A DNA stretch of 64,000 bases, taken from positions 609,114 through 673,113 of the forward strand of contig CAVSTR010000004.1 of NCBI GenBank assembly GCA_963730915.1, in the 5' to 3' direction. The translations under genes were made by a program, and so were the position numbers. A model generated the notes under the pieces. That model did no database searches, was not told where the DNA came from, and saw nothing but the letters and a program-made list of their open reading frames with translations. The DNA is from an uncultured Gemmatimonadales bacterium. Lineage in GTDB: Bacteria > Gemmatimonadota > Gemmatimonadetes > Gemmatimonadales > GWC2-71-9. Below are positions 1 through 8,527 of the stretch, piece by piece. Within the stretch, counting starts at the first letter, position 1. Every line of letters begins with the position of its first letter.

Positions 1-187
1 CGCTGACATCGCGCGAGATATCCTGCCCCAGGTCTCCGATCGAGTTGCTGGTCGGGACGTAGACGCCTGCCCATGGAGCCAGCTCGACTCCGCCCTGCGC
101 AGCCGCGGATGAAGGAATCACAGTGGCGAGCATTGCCGCCGCCGCGATCAGTGCCGACGTCTTTGCAGTGAGCGTATTGATAGACAT
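1..187 (-). CDS. outer-membrane beta-barrel protein paralog, N-terminal fragment (gene runs off the window start)
   Basis: Not in ORF track (partial). Own translation from ATG (complement of 185-187): MSINTLTAKTSALIAAAAMLATVIPSSAAAQGGVELAPWAGVYVPTSNSIGDLGQDISRDVS. The signal peptide ending AAAQG and the GVY[VI]PT motif mirror the N-terminus of the 435..1079 product. Confidence 0.6.
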   Translation of the reverse strand, partial: MSINTLTAKTSALIAAAAMLATVIPSSAAAQGGVELAPWAGVYVPTSNSIGDLGQDISRDVS

Positions 188-375
188 ACACACTCTCCCT
201 TAGTGACAGAACCTGTTTCGTGAACAGAACCTGGCGCAAGGTATGGTGCGCGCCGAGCGAGCCCCGGAAGCGAAATCCGGAACCCTAGAATGCTTCAAAG
301 TAGGAAGGATCGCTGTGACCTGGATGGCCGGAGGGTGTGAAGAGAGTCACCGCGAGCGCGTGACATGGTGCCGCC

Positions 376-414
376 AAAAAACCAACGGGGTGGCTCCCAA
401 GTGGAAGCCACCCC
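376..414 (-). terminator. Rho-independent terminator downstream of 435..1079
   Basis: Minus-strand RNA forms GGGGUGGCU / AGCCACCCC (387-395 pairs with 406-414), followed by GUUGGUUUUUUGG (A-run 376-381 on + strand). It lies about 20 nt after the stop codon. Confidence 0.6.
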
Positions 415-434
415 GCAAGTAAGCTCGATCCTTC

Positions 435-1079
435 TTACTTGCCCAACTGACCCAAGCCCAGAAGCGGAATCCCTACTCCAATGGAAAGGTGGATGTCGTT
501 CTGGGTCTTCTTCTCATCATTCGGCCCAAAGCCCGGAATTTCAGCCTTCGGCTTGTATATGTAATCCTCGGCGCTCAGCTGGAGGCGCAGCAGACTGCCC
601 AGGCGGAACCGCGCGGAGGCCCCCAGGGTACCGCCGATGTCGGTCTTGTTTGCGACATTCGAATAGAACTCGCCGCTCCGGTTGATGACGCCGACACCGC
701 CGGTGACGACAAATGCCACCGGACTGGTATATGGCACGAGTTGATAGCTGACACGGCCGCTTCCGGTAAACACGTTGGCATTCTGACTCTGATCGCCGAG
801 CCCTGAAGCGGTGATCTTGAGATCGCTCGGAGCGTACGCGCCAGTGAATTCCAATCCGAGGCGCTGGCTGAGTGCTACGCCGAGCCGTCCGCCGAGCGTC
901 AGGCTGATCTCTTGCTTGAACTCCTCGCCGCTGGCGGCCTTCACCAGCTCAGTCGTCGGAATGTACACTCCGATGTTCGGTGTAAAGCTGAGTCCCTGGG
1001 CCGCTGCCGAGCTCACCCGCAACCCGAGCAGGATGCTGCCATACGCCATGGCGCGAACCATCCACGCGCTGCTACGCAT
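435..1079 (-). CDS. outer-membrane beta-barrel protein (OmpW/porin-like family level only)
   Basis: ORF 435..1115 trimmed to ATG 1079, giving signal peptide MRSSAWMVRAMAYGSILLGLRVSSAAAQG. Gly/Tyr/Ser-rich alternating strand pattern. Paralog of 1..187. Confidence 0.65.
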   Translation of the reverse strand: MRSSAWMVRAMAYGSILLGLRVSSAAAQGLSFTPNIGVYIPTTELVKAASGEEFKQEISLTLGGRLGVALSQRLGLEFTGAYAPSDLKITASGLGDQSQNANVFTGSGRVSYQLVPYTSPVAFVVTGGVGVINRSGEFYSNVANKTDIGGTLGASARFRLGSLLRLQLSAEDYIYKPKAEIPGFGPNDEKKTQNDIHLSIGVGIPLLGLGQLGK

Positions 1080-1115
1080 TGTGCCTCCAGGTAGAAATGA
1101 GGGAAAGGGCGCCAA

Positions 1116-1469
1116 TTACAGCTTCAGCTTTACGTCGATGTCAACAAGAACCGACGGCTCGGCCTCCTCGAAGAACACGCGATCACGTACCGTCCGAATG
1201 ACCAGGCGTTGAAGCGGGCCCTTCCCTTTGCCGCGACCATTATTGCCTCGACGAAAGTAGATGACCCTATTCGGCCCCACTCGCTCGACTCTCACAACCT
1301 GAAATCCGCGCTCGACCAGCACGGTTCGGCTGACACTCACGGCCTTGTCACTGGATACCACGTAGTGCTTGGCTTTGCCTTTTCCTTGTGCCTGGGCTGG
1401 AGTTGACGCCGCGCCGATCAGTGCGACGAAAACCATTGCCGACCAGAGCAGCTGGCGAGCAGCGCGCAT
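1116..1469 (-). CDS. small secreted protein, unknown function
   Basis: 117 aa. N-terminal signal peptide MRAARQLLWSAMVFVALIGAASTPAQAQG. No motif recognised. Confidence 0.5.
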   Translation of the reverse strand: MRAARQLLWSAMVFVALIGAASTPAQAQGKGKAKHYVVSSDKAVSVSRTVLVERGFQVVRVERVGPNRVIYFRRGNNGRGKGKGPLQRLVIRTVRDRVFFEEAEPSVLVDIDVKLKL

Positions 1470-1648
1470 TCAGACCTCCATGCTTAGCTGTGTGCGGGGA
1501 AACTTTGGACGAGGTCCCCTGGGGCAAGAAGCGTGCAGAGCAGAACCGAGGTTTGATCGCTCGACGGCTGACTACTAAGTAGTTGCCGAGATGAAGCTTA
1601 CGGAGATGATTTCAGGCGGTGAACTGGGGGGAGTCTAGGAAAACGAGC

Positions 1649-1670
1649 GCCTCGCGGCGGTCTGCGAGGC
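1649..1670 (-). terminator. possible terminator hairpin abutting the ligase stop codon
   Basis: GCCTCGC (1649-1655) pairs with GCGAGGC (1664-1670) around an 8-nt loop. The minus-strand RNA continues GCUCGUUUUCC. The U-run is weak. Confidence 0.35.
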
Positions 1671-2671
1671 TAACTCTCCCGGCGTACCCCATGCGCGGGT
1701 TTGTCATCGCGCAGGCCGACAAACCGCGGATGACGCAGCAGCCCGGCCGAGGTCCATTCCGAGAACGCGATCTCAGCTACGAGCTTTGGATCTACCCACT
1801 GGACGTCGCCGGCGGGCTTGGGTCCTTGCACGAATGGCGACGTAGTGCGATGCAGCGGCAAGAGGCGCTGGTATAGCAGCTCGAGAGTCTTCCGGTCGTA
1901 CCCTGTACCAACCTTTCCGGCATACCGAAGCGACTTTCCGTCGTAGTGGCCGACCAGCAAAGCCCCAAGCCGCTCCCGGGATCCCTGAGGAGCGGTGTAA
2001 CCGCCAACCACAAGCTCCTGGCGGCGCAGGCATTTGATCTTGAGCCAATCCATCGTGCGCGCGCTCACGTACCTCGAGTCCGCCCGCTTGGCCATGATGC
2101 CTTCTTCTCCCCGACTGCAAGCCTTCCGCAACATCGCGGCAGCGCCCTTGGCCTGGGCCGTGGTCTGGTGCAGCACGTCGTTGACCGATACCACATCCTT
2201 GAGAACCGATTTGCGCTCCAGCAACTGAAGACCTGTGAGATCGATACCCTCGTAGTACATGCAGTCGAACAGATACAGGTGAACCGCGACCTGGCTCCGC
2301 AGCGCACGAACCGGATCCCGCAACTGCATTCGCTGCTGCAACCGCGAAAAACTCGAGACGCCGCGCACTTCATCGAATGCCACGACCTCACCATCCAGCA
2401 CAGCCTCACCATGTACTCCGCTACGCAAAGCTTCGACCAGCTCCGGATACGCGTCGTTGAGCGGCTTGCGATTGCGAGAATACATGCGAACCGAGCGGGC
2501 AGTGACGTAGATCAGCGCGCGCACTCCGTCCAGCTTGGGCTCGTAGACCCAATTATTGCCGACCGGCAGCTCTTCGCTGAGGGTGGCGAGCATCGGTGGA
2601 AGCCAGGTGGGCATCGGTCGGCGGCGGAGCCCTCCGGACGGGCGACGTGCTGCACTAGAGGTGCGGGTCAT
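1670..2671 (-). CDS. ligD: ATP-dependent DNA ligase (stand-alone LigD ligase domain)
   Basis: 333 aa. Adenylation motif I EPKLDGVRAL (KxDG), EGIMAKRADSRY, DWLKIKC. ATGA start/stop overlap with the upstream polymerase-domain gene. Confidence 0.9.
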   Translation of the reverse strand: MTRTSSAARRPSGGLRRRPMPTWLPPMLATLSEELPVGNNWVYEPKLDGVRALIYVTARSVRMYSRNRKPLNDAYPELVEALRSGVHGEAVLDGEVVAFDEVRGVSSFSRLQQRMQLRDPVRALRSQVAVHLYLFDCMYYEGIDLTGLQLLERKSVLKDVVSVNDVLHQTTAQAKGAAAMLRKACSRGEEGIMAKRADSRYVSARTMDWLKIKCLRRQELVVGGYTAPQGSRERLGALLVGHYDGKSLRYAGKVGTGYDRKTLELLYQRLLPLHRTTSPFVQGPKPAGDVQWVDPKLVAEIAFSEWTSAGLLRHPRFVGLRDDKPAHGVRRES

Positions 2672-3732
2672 GCCGTTCGTGCCTCCAACAGCTCCCCCAG
2701 ATCCTGTTTCGACGTCAATATTCCCGACCAGGGATCACCGTCCTGCTCGAGCAGGTCGGGAGCGGTGCGAAGGGTGAAATCGGTGGGATATATCGTCTCC
2801 AGCCGATCCCAGGTGACCGGCATCGAAACAGTTCCAAGAGGGTGCCGGCGCGGCGAAAATATTGCAGCCAGCGACTTGCCCCGGCTGTTCTGGTTGTAGT
2901 CGAAAAAGATCTTTCCGGTGCGGCGGTCGACCGACCACTCGAGCGTCACTTCACTCGGCCACAACTGCAGCGCGAACCGCCCAATGGTCTCGGCGATCCC
3001 CCGAGCGGCGTCGTAGTCGAACTTGCGGAGAATGGGAAGATAGAGGTGCAGGCCGGTTCGGCCGGACGTCTTTACGAAGATCTCGAGGCCCAGTCCCGCA
3101 AGAAGATCGCGCAAGCGAAGCGCAAGATCGCGGGTGCGGCTGAACGCCCGGCGGTGCAGCTCGGGCTCCTCTCCCTTGGCTTCACGACCCGAGTACTCGT
3201 ACGGGTCGAGATCGAAGACTACGAAGTCCGGAAAATTGAGGACCGACTTATCGAGAGTGGCGAGCGAGCCGGCGAACTTGCGGGTCTTCCCCCGGGTATC
3301 CGGCCCGGAATCGATACGCGAGAACCACGGGTGCAGCTCCAGCCCGGCCTGCTGCGACAGCCACAGCAGCGTTGCCAGGTTTTCACAGATGAGATAGTTG
3401 CCGTCGCCTTCGTTGTGGTTGGAGTAAATGGAGACGTTCCGCGCGAAGCCGGGTGGGTCTTCCCAGTGCTTCTGATAGAAGCTTTTTCCGGTCACGCCGT
3501 CAGGGTAGCGTGTAACGAACATTGGCCGTCCCGCAAGGTGCGGCAGCAGCCAGGGCGAAACCCGGGTGATGTACCGCAGCAGATCGCGCTTTGTCAGCGG
3601 GCGGTCGCGGCCATCACCGGGCCACAGCACTTTGTCCAGATTCGTCACCGAAAGGGCATAACCACCGACGCTCAGCTCGAACCGCGCCTTGCGCTGTTCC
3701 AGCTGGGCCAGCACTTCACCAACTTCGCTCAT
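2668..3732 (-). CDS. ligD: NHEJ polymerase/primase (stand-alone LigD polymerase domain, AEP family)
   Basis: 354 aa. VVFDLDP catalytic Asp motif, KTSGRTGLHLYLP, FFDYNQN. ATGA overlaps with ku (3729-3732) and ligase (2668-2671). Confidence 0.9.
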   Translation of the reverse strand: MSEVGEVLAQLEQRKARFELSVGGYALSVTNLDKVLWPGDGRDRPLTKRDLLRYITRVSPWLLPHLAGRPMFVTRYPDGVTGKSFYQKHWEDPPGFARNVSIYSNHNEGDGNYLICENLATLLWLSQQAGLELHPWFSRIDSGPDTRGKTRKFAGSLATLDKSVLNFPDFVVFDLDPYEYSGREAKGEEPELHRRAFSRTRDLALRLRDLLAGLGLEIFVKTSGRTGLHLYLPILRKFDYDAARGIAETIGRFALQLWPSEVTLEWSVDRRTGKIFFDYNQNSRGKSLAAIFSPRRHPLGTVSMPVTWDRLETIYPTDFTLRTAPDLLEQDGDPWSGILTSKQDLGELLEARTA

Positions 3733-4568
3733 CCAACCTTCCGGGTCCGCCGCCGTGCCGGACGGGTGCGAGCGCGGGCCGCCGGCTTGGGTTTGCTGCC
3801 CTTCTTCGCCGCTTCGACGCTGCGCTTCAGCGCCTCCGCCAGATCGATCACCCCCGACTCCCGTGCCGCGGCCGGTGCGCTCACCACCTGCTTCCCTTCG
3901 AGCTTGGCTTCGATCACCTGCGCCAGGGCCTCGCGGTAGGTGTCCCGGTATTCGGAAGGATCGAAGGGCTTCTTCAGCAGCTCGATCAGGGTGAATGCCA
4001 TATCGAGCTCCCGGTCGGACACCTTGACCTTGTCCAGATCTACGCCACGGTCCTGCCTGACCTCATCCGGGTAGTAGAGGGTCTCCAGCATGATCGTGCC
4101 CTGGTGAGGCCGCAGCACACAGAGCTGCTCCTTCTTTCGGATCGTGATGCTGGCGGTGGCGCTGAGCTTCTTTTCTTCGAGCGCTCTCAGCAGCAACGCG
4201 TACGGCTTCTCGGCTCGCTCAGCAGGCTCGAGGTAGTAGCTCTTTTCGTAGAAGACAGGATCGATCTCTTTCTCCTCGACAAAGGCGCTGAGCTCGATGG
4301 TGTGCTTGCTCGGCAGAGGCAGCTTTTCGAAGTCCTCCTCAGTCAGCATCACGTACTGACCCTTGGCGAACTCGTAGCCCCGGGCAGTCTCGTTCCAAGG
4401 CACTTCGACTTCATCGGTGGGACACCAGCGCTTCTGCTGCAGTTTCGACCCGCACGTCGCGTGGAGCAGGTTAAAGCTGATGTCGCGGCTCTCAGTCGCT
4501 CCGAACAGTTTTACCGGGATCGTTACCATCCCGAAGCTGATGGAACCGCTCCAGATCGCCCTCGGCAT
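3729..4568 (-). CDS. ku: Ku DNA end-binding protein
   Basis: 279 aa. N-terminus MPRAIWSGSISFGMVTIPVKLFGATE is the bacterial Ku signature. Basic Lys/Arg-rich C-terminal tail. Confidence 0.95.
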   Translation of the reverse strand: MPRAIWSGSISFGMVTIPVKLFGATESRDISFNLLHATCGSKLQQKRWCPTDEVEVPWNETARGYEFAKGQYVMLTEEDFEKLPLPSKHTIELSAFVEEKEIDPVFYEKSYYLEPAERAEKPYALLLRALEEKKLSATASITIRKKEQLCVLRPHQGTIMLETLYYPDEVRQDRGVDLDKVKVSDRELDMAFTLIELLKKPFDPSEYRDTYREALAQVIEAKLEGKQVVSAPAAARESGVIDLAEALKRSVEAAKKGSKPKPAARARTRPARRRTRKVG

Positions 4569-4615
4569 GCGTCAGTCCTCCGATATGGGTCCCACAGAGA
4601 TCGATTCCCCAGCAC

Positions 4616-4645
4616 TTATCCACAAAAGCGTTGGTATTATCCACA
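4616..4645 (+). promoter_or_regulatory. two perfect consensus DnaA boxes (TTATCCACA) in direct repeat, 21 bp start-to-start
   Basis: TTATCCACA at 4616-4624 and 4637-4645, inside the AT-richer 169-bp region upstream of ku. A TTGACA hexamer on the minus strand lies just upstream. Confidence 0.5.
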
Positions 4646-4680
4646 GACTTGTCAACATAAGTTGTTGATAAATAACAACT

Positions 4681-4707
4681 TACGAGGTCTGATAATCAGG
4701 CCTCGTA
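4681..4707. other. 27-bp near-perfect palindrome (possible terminator of 4738..5868 or an operator)
   Basis: TACGAGGTCTGAT A ATCAGGCCTCGTA with one T/G mismatch. It lies 31 bp downstream of the stop of the upstream minus-strand gene. No U-run. Confidence 0.35.
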
Positions 4708-4737
4708 GGAGACGTTGCTGTGGGATGAATCACACGA

Positions 4738-5868
4738 CTATGGCTTGGCCGGCTTCGCTGCGGGGGCGGGAGTGCCGCTGATGGTACGGAGCATTCGCTT
4801 GAAAGCGGTCTTTCCGGCAGAATCGACCGCCTGCGCACCCAGAGGAGCGGCAGTCGGCAGATCAGGGGCCAGGAGAGGAGCCGCATCGGGTGCGGCTTCG
4901 ATTTGAGGCGATGGGGTGGAGTCGACTACCACCGGTGCTGGGGCGGTGTTCACGATCGCCGCTCGCTTCGGGAAGCCGGAGGTTGTCACAGTCGATCTCC
5001 TGACCACAGGCGCGGGGATATCCGATGGCTTCAGGGTAGGCAACGGAATCGACTGCAGCACCGGCATTACGGCTGCGACCGTGCGTGGGGTGAGATCCTT
5101 GATCGCCTCGGCGGGAGCCTCGATGAGCTGCCTGGGGGTACGAGCCCGCGCGCTGACGGTGTCGTTCACCGATGACGCGCCGGATACAGCCAGGTGGGCG
5201 CATGCGATGAACACCGCAGCCGCGAGAGCGATGCGAAGCGTGCGTTGAGTCTTCCGGCGACGCGAACGCTTGCCAGGGGTAGGCTCCGGTGCGCGCGGTT
5301 CGACGAATCGCGGCTCTGGCGGACGCTGTGGTTGTACAGCTCGTATCGGCTCCGCAACGCGTCTGGGCTCGGCAACTGGCCGAGGCTCGACAACGTGGCG
5401 CGGCTCCGTGCGGCGGGCTTGCAGTGCGCTGCGTGGCTCGGGTGCCGGCGTCCCGAGCTGAATTGGCGCCATGGAAGGAGCAGTCTGCTTCGGGACATCC
5501 CTCACCGCCGCCGGCTTCACCGGCGGGGAGCTCGGCTTCGGTTCCGGCCATGCCGACAATGCCGCCTGAGTCGCGGCTTGTCTGTTGGACGGAGCCGGGA
5601 GCGGAGGAGCCGCCTGCGCTTGCTGGTCGCCCAGCTTCAGCGTGGAGAGCGGCGCCACGCGCGGGCCAGCGACGAGGTCGGCCTGCGTCAGCGGCATCGA
5701 GCACGCGATCTTGTAGTGGGGATGAAACTGAATCGGCAGCCACGTGCCGGTAGCGTTGTGGTATATGCGCGCGTGCGACGTCACCACCTTGCGGCGGATC
5801 GCCACGGCCAACTCTTCGATCGACCGGAATGCGGTCTCTTCGCCGGGGGACAGCTCGATACGGTACAT
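4738..5868 (-). CDS. membrane-anchored proline-rich protein, unknown function
   Basis: ORF 4738..5949 trimmed to ATG 5868 (MYRIELSPGEE...). The N-terminal ~60 aa is a globular module of GYF_2-like pattern (weak). The middle has EPR-type repeats (VEPRPVAEPRRVAEPIRAVQPQRPPEPRFVEPRAPEP). One TM helix, LRIALAAAVFIACAHLAV. Confidence 0.5.
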   Translation of the reverse strand: MYRIELSPGEETAFRSIEELAVAIRRKVVTSHARIYHNATGTWLPIQFHPHYKIACSMPLTQADLVAGPRVAPLSTLKLGDQQAQAAPPLPAPSNRQAATQAALSAWPEPKPSSPPVKPAAVRDVPKQTAPSMAPIQLGTPAPEPRSALQARRTEPRHVVEPRPVAEPRRVAEPIRAVQPQRPPEPRFVEPRAPEPTPGKRSRRRKTQRTLRIALAAAVFIACAHLAVSGASSVNDTVSARARTPRQLIEAPAEAIKDLTPRTVAAVMPVLQSIPLPTLKPSDIPAPVVRRSTVTTSGFPKRAAIVNTAPAPVVVDSTPSPQIEAAPDAAPLLAPDLPTAAPLGAQAVDSAGKTAFKRMLRTISGTPAPAAKPAKP

Positions 5869-6058
5869 ACACACCTCAGGGGCGTTGAGGGTCGCGAGAG
5901 GTGCAGAGACGGAAAACTGATGCGAAATTCGTGCACGAGAGAGATGCACTTTGCTTCATGCCGCACTGACACGCGAACTGGCTTATGCAAGGTTTGTAAG
6001 TCGGTGACGATGATGTTCGGGTTGCAGAAGAAACCGGCGAGCAGGAAGCAGTTGCGAC

Positions 6059-6958
6059 ATGCTCGCGATCGGCAACTCGCACTGCCCTTTTCTGCAGCTT
6101 GCCGCTTCGGCAGAGCGGCTGAATCTTGCAAGGTGCTTCGCTGGTCAATCCCACTCTGGTGGATTGCGAGGAAAACTGCCCGGAACGAGACCCGTTGCCG
6201 AGTTTTCAAAGCGGCTGGATGAGGCTGACACCCTCAATGCAGAACATGTCACCAAACGCTTTGGGGGACTTACCGCACTGGACGGAGTGTCCATCAGTGT
6301 GCGGGAGGACGAGTGTGTGGCGCTCATCGGCGAAAGTGGTTCCGGCAAGACCACGCTACTGCGGTGCTTCAACCGTCTGGTCGTCCCGGACCAGGGCCGC
6401 GTCTTCGTCAATGGCAAGAATACGCTGGAGCTGGACCCGATTTCCCTGCGACGACAGGTCGGCTACGTCCCGCAGGACGGCGGCCTGCTGCCGCACTGGC
6501 GAGTTGGCCGCAACGTGGAATTGGTGCCGCAGCTTCGCGGGATGGCCGACCGCGCCCTGCTGGCCGACCGTGCCCTCGGGCTGGTTGGTCTGGATCCGGC
6601 GACATTCCGAGCGCGGTGGCCGGGAGAGCTTTCGGGGGGACAGCGCCAGCGAGTAGCCGTAGCGCGCGCACTCGCCGCGGAGCCGGGCGTCATTCTGCTG
6701 GACGAGCCATTCGGCGCGCTGGACGCGATTACGCGGTCCGATCTTCAGAGTGCGTTTGCCGACATCCGCCGCACGCTGCACACCTCGGCCTTGCTGGTCA
6801 CCCATGATCTCAACGAGGCATTTCTGCTCGCGGATCGCGTCGTGGTGCTACGACAGGGGCAAGTGGAGCAGGCCGCTACGCCTGACGAGCTGCGCCGCGC
6901 TCCGGCAACGGAGTACGTCCACCGGCTGCTGCAGCGTGCACGGGTAACGCCCGCATGA
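6059..6958 (+). CDS. ABC transporter ATP-binding protein (osmoprotectant/glycine-betaine type)
   Basis: Walker A GESGSGKTT, signature LSGGQRQRV, Walker B ILLDEPFGALD. ATGA overlap with the downstream gene. The conserved part starts near 6230 (LNAEHVTKRFGG), so the start codon (ATG 6059 or a later non-ATG) is uncertain. Confidence 0.85.
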   Translation: MLAIGNSHCPFLQLAASAERLNLARCFAGQSHSGGLRGKLPGTRPVAEFSKRLDEADTLNAEHVTKRFGGLTALDGVSISVREDECVALIGESGSGKTTLLRCFNRLVVPDQGRVFVNGKNTLELDPISLRRQVGYVPQDGGLLPHWRVGRNVELVPQLRGMADRALLADRALGLVGLDPATFRARWPGELSGGQRQRVAVARALAAEPGVILLDEPFGALDAITRSDLQSAFADIRRTLHTSALLVTHDLNEAFLLADRVVVLRQGQVEQAATPDELRRAPATEYVHRLLQRARVTPA

Positions 6959-8520
6959 GGTGCCAACCGTTCACGCGAGCCGGCGCCGTTCTGCTGATGG
7001 GGGTGATGTTTGCGAAGCAGTCACAGGCTCAGATGGCTCGGCCTGTGATCATCGCCTCTAAACCCTTCGGCGAGTCGTTTCTCCTGGCCGAGATGTTTGC
7101 GCAACTGCTCGAAGCCCGGGGGTTCCGAGTGGACAGGCGCATGGGCCTGGGTGCTACCGAAATCGCATTCACTGCCTTGAGACGCAATGCGATTGACGTC
7201 TATCCGGAATACACCGGTACCGGGCTTCTCGCCATTCTAGGGGAACGCCCCAGCTCCGACCCGGGGCAAGTGTATCAGCAGGTATCCCGCGAGTTCAGGC
7301 GACGCTACGGCGTACGGTGGCTGCCTCCGCTCGGCTTCCAGAACACCTATGCCATAGCGGTCCGCCGTGAAACCGCACAAAAGCTGGGACTCGCCAGCCT
7401 CAGCGATCTCGCGCGAGTCGGTACCACCCTGACAGCCGGCTTGACTGCAGACTTCATCGGCCGGCCCGACGGTCTGCCCGGGTTGCAGAAGGCATATGGG
7501 CTTCACTTTCACGCGGTCCGCGCTCTGTTGCCGGCGGTGAAGTATCGCGCGCTTGCCAGCGGAGACGTGGATGTGATCGATGGCTACTCTACCGATGGAT
7601 TCATCTCCCGATACGACCTTGTCGTCCTGAAGGACGATAAACGCTTCTTCCCGCCGTATGAGGCGGCAGCGATGATGAGCCCGGCGCTCCAGCGCGATCT
7701 TCCCGCCGTCGCCGGTGTACTGACCGAGTTGAGCGGGCTGCTGACGGAAGAGGGCATGCGCAGGTTGAATCAGCGTATCGAAGTCGATGGCATACCGATC
7801 AGCCGGGTCGCCGCCGGCCAGCTGATGACTCTCGGTCTTGTACGGCAGCCTACCGGTGGAACCGAGACAACTCCCGCCGACAGTCACAGCCCGGGTCTAT
7901 TGTCCTACCTCTGGGGTCAGCGCGGCACGATCGTCAGCCTGACTCTTCGGCATCTGCTGCTGGTAGGCGTCTCCTTACTTGCAGCCATCGCAGTTGCGCT
8001 GCCGCTGGGACTCGCGCTAGAACGCGGGCGGCGAGCCGCCGAGACAGTCATTCGTGGGGTTGGTGTGCTGCAGACCCTGCCGAGCATAGCCCTGCTCGCA
8101 TTCATGATTCCGCTGCTCGGGATCGGTGTGATTCCGGCGCTGGTCGCCCTCTTCCTGTACTCTCTGTATCCCATTCTGCGGAATACGTATACTGGCGTGC
8201 GAGACGCCGCCCCGGCAGCCGTGAGTGCGGCGGCCGCTGTGGGGATGACCCCGCGGCAGGTACTGGGTTACGTTCGACTGCCGCTGGCGGCGCCCACCAT
8301 TATGGCCGGCATCCGCACCGCGGCCGTCATCAACGTCGGCACAGCCACTTTGGCCGCCTTCATCGGAGCGGGTGGCCTGGGAGATCCCATTGCAGCGGGC
8401 CTTGCCCTGTCCGATACCAGAATGATTCTGTCCGGGGCGTTGCCTGCCGCGGTACTCGCGCTGCTGGTTGACGGCGTGCTCGGTGTATGCGAGCGCGTGG
8501 TCACCCCGGGCCGGCGGTAG
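6955..8520 (+). CDS. fused osmoprotectant ABC substrate-binding domain + permease
   Basis: 521 aa. Signal peptide, then a betaine/choline-type binding domain (VYPEYTGTGL, IDGYSTDG), then a ~200-aa ABC permease with 5-6 TM helices and loop AAAAVGMTPRQVLGYVRLPLA. Confidence 0.8.
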   Translation: MRCQPFTRAGAVLLMGVMFAKQSQAQMARPVIIASKPFGESFLLAEMFAQLLEARGFRVDRRMGLGATEIAFTALRRNAIDVYPEYTGTGLLAILGERPSSDPGQVYQQVSREFRRRYGVRWLPPLGFQNTYAIAVRRETAQKLGLASLSDLARVGTTLTAGLTADFIGRPDGLPGLQKAYGLHFHAVRALLPAVKYRALASGDVDVIDGYSTDGFISRYDLVVLKDDKRFFPPYEAAAMMSPALQRDLPAVAGVLTELSGLLTEEGMRRLNQRIEVDGIPISRVAAGQLMTLGLVRQPTGGTETTPADSHSPGLLSYLWGQRGTIVSLTLRHLLLVGVSLLAAIAVALPLGLALERGRRAAETVIRGVGVLQTLPSIALLAFMIPLLGIGVIPALVALFLYSLYPILRNTYTGVRDAAPAAVSAAAAVGMTPRQVLGYVRLPLAAPTIMAGIRTAAVINVGTATLAAFIGAGGLGDPIAAGLALSDTRMILSGALPAAVLALLVDGVLGVCERVVTPGRR

Positions 8521-8527
8521 ATCTCAC

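Noticed and set aside
4616-4645. DnaA boxes considered as the chromosomal origin (oriC)
   Set aside because: There are only two boxes, no cluster of additional boxes, no AT-rich 13-mer unwinding element recognised, and no dnaA/dnaN/gyrB nearby. A regulatory or titration site is more plausible.
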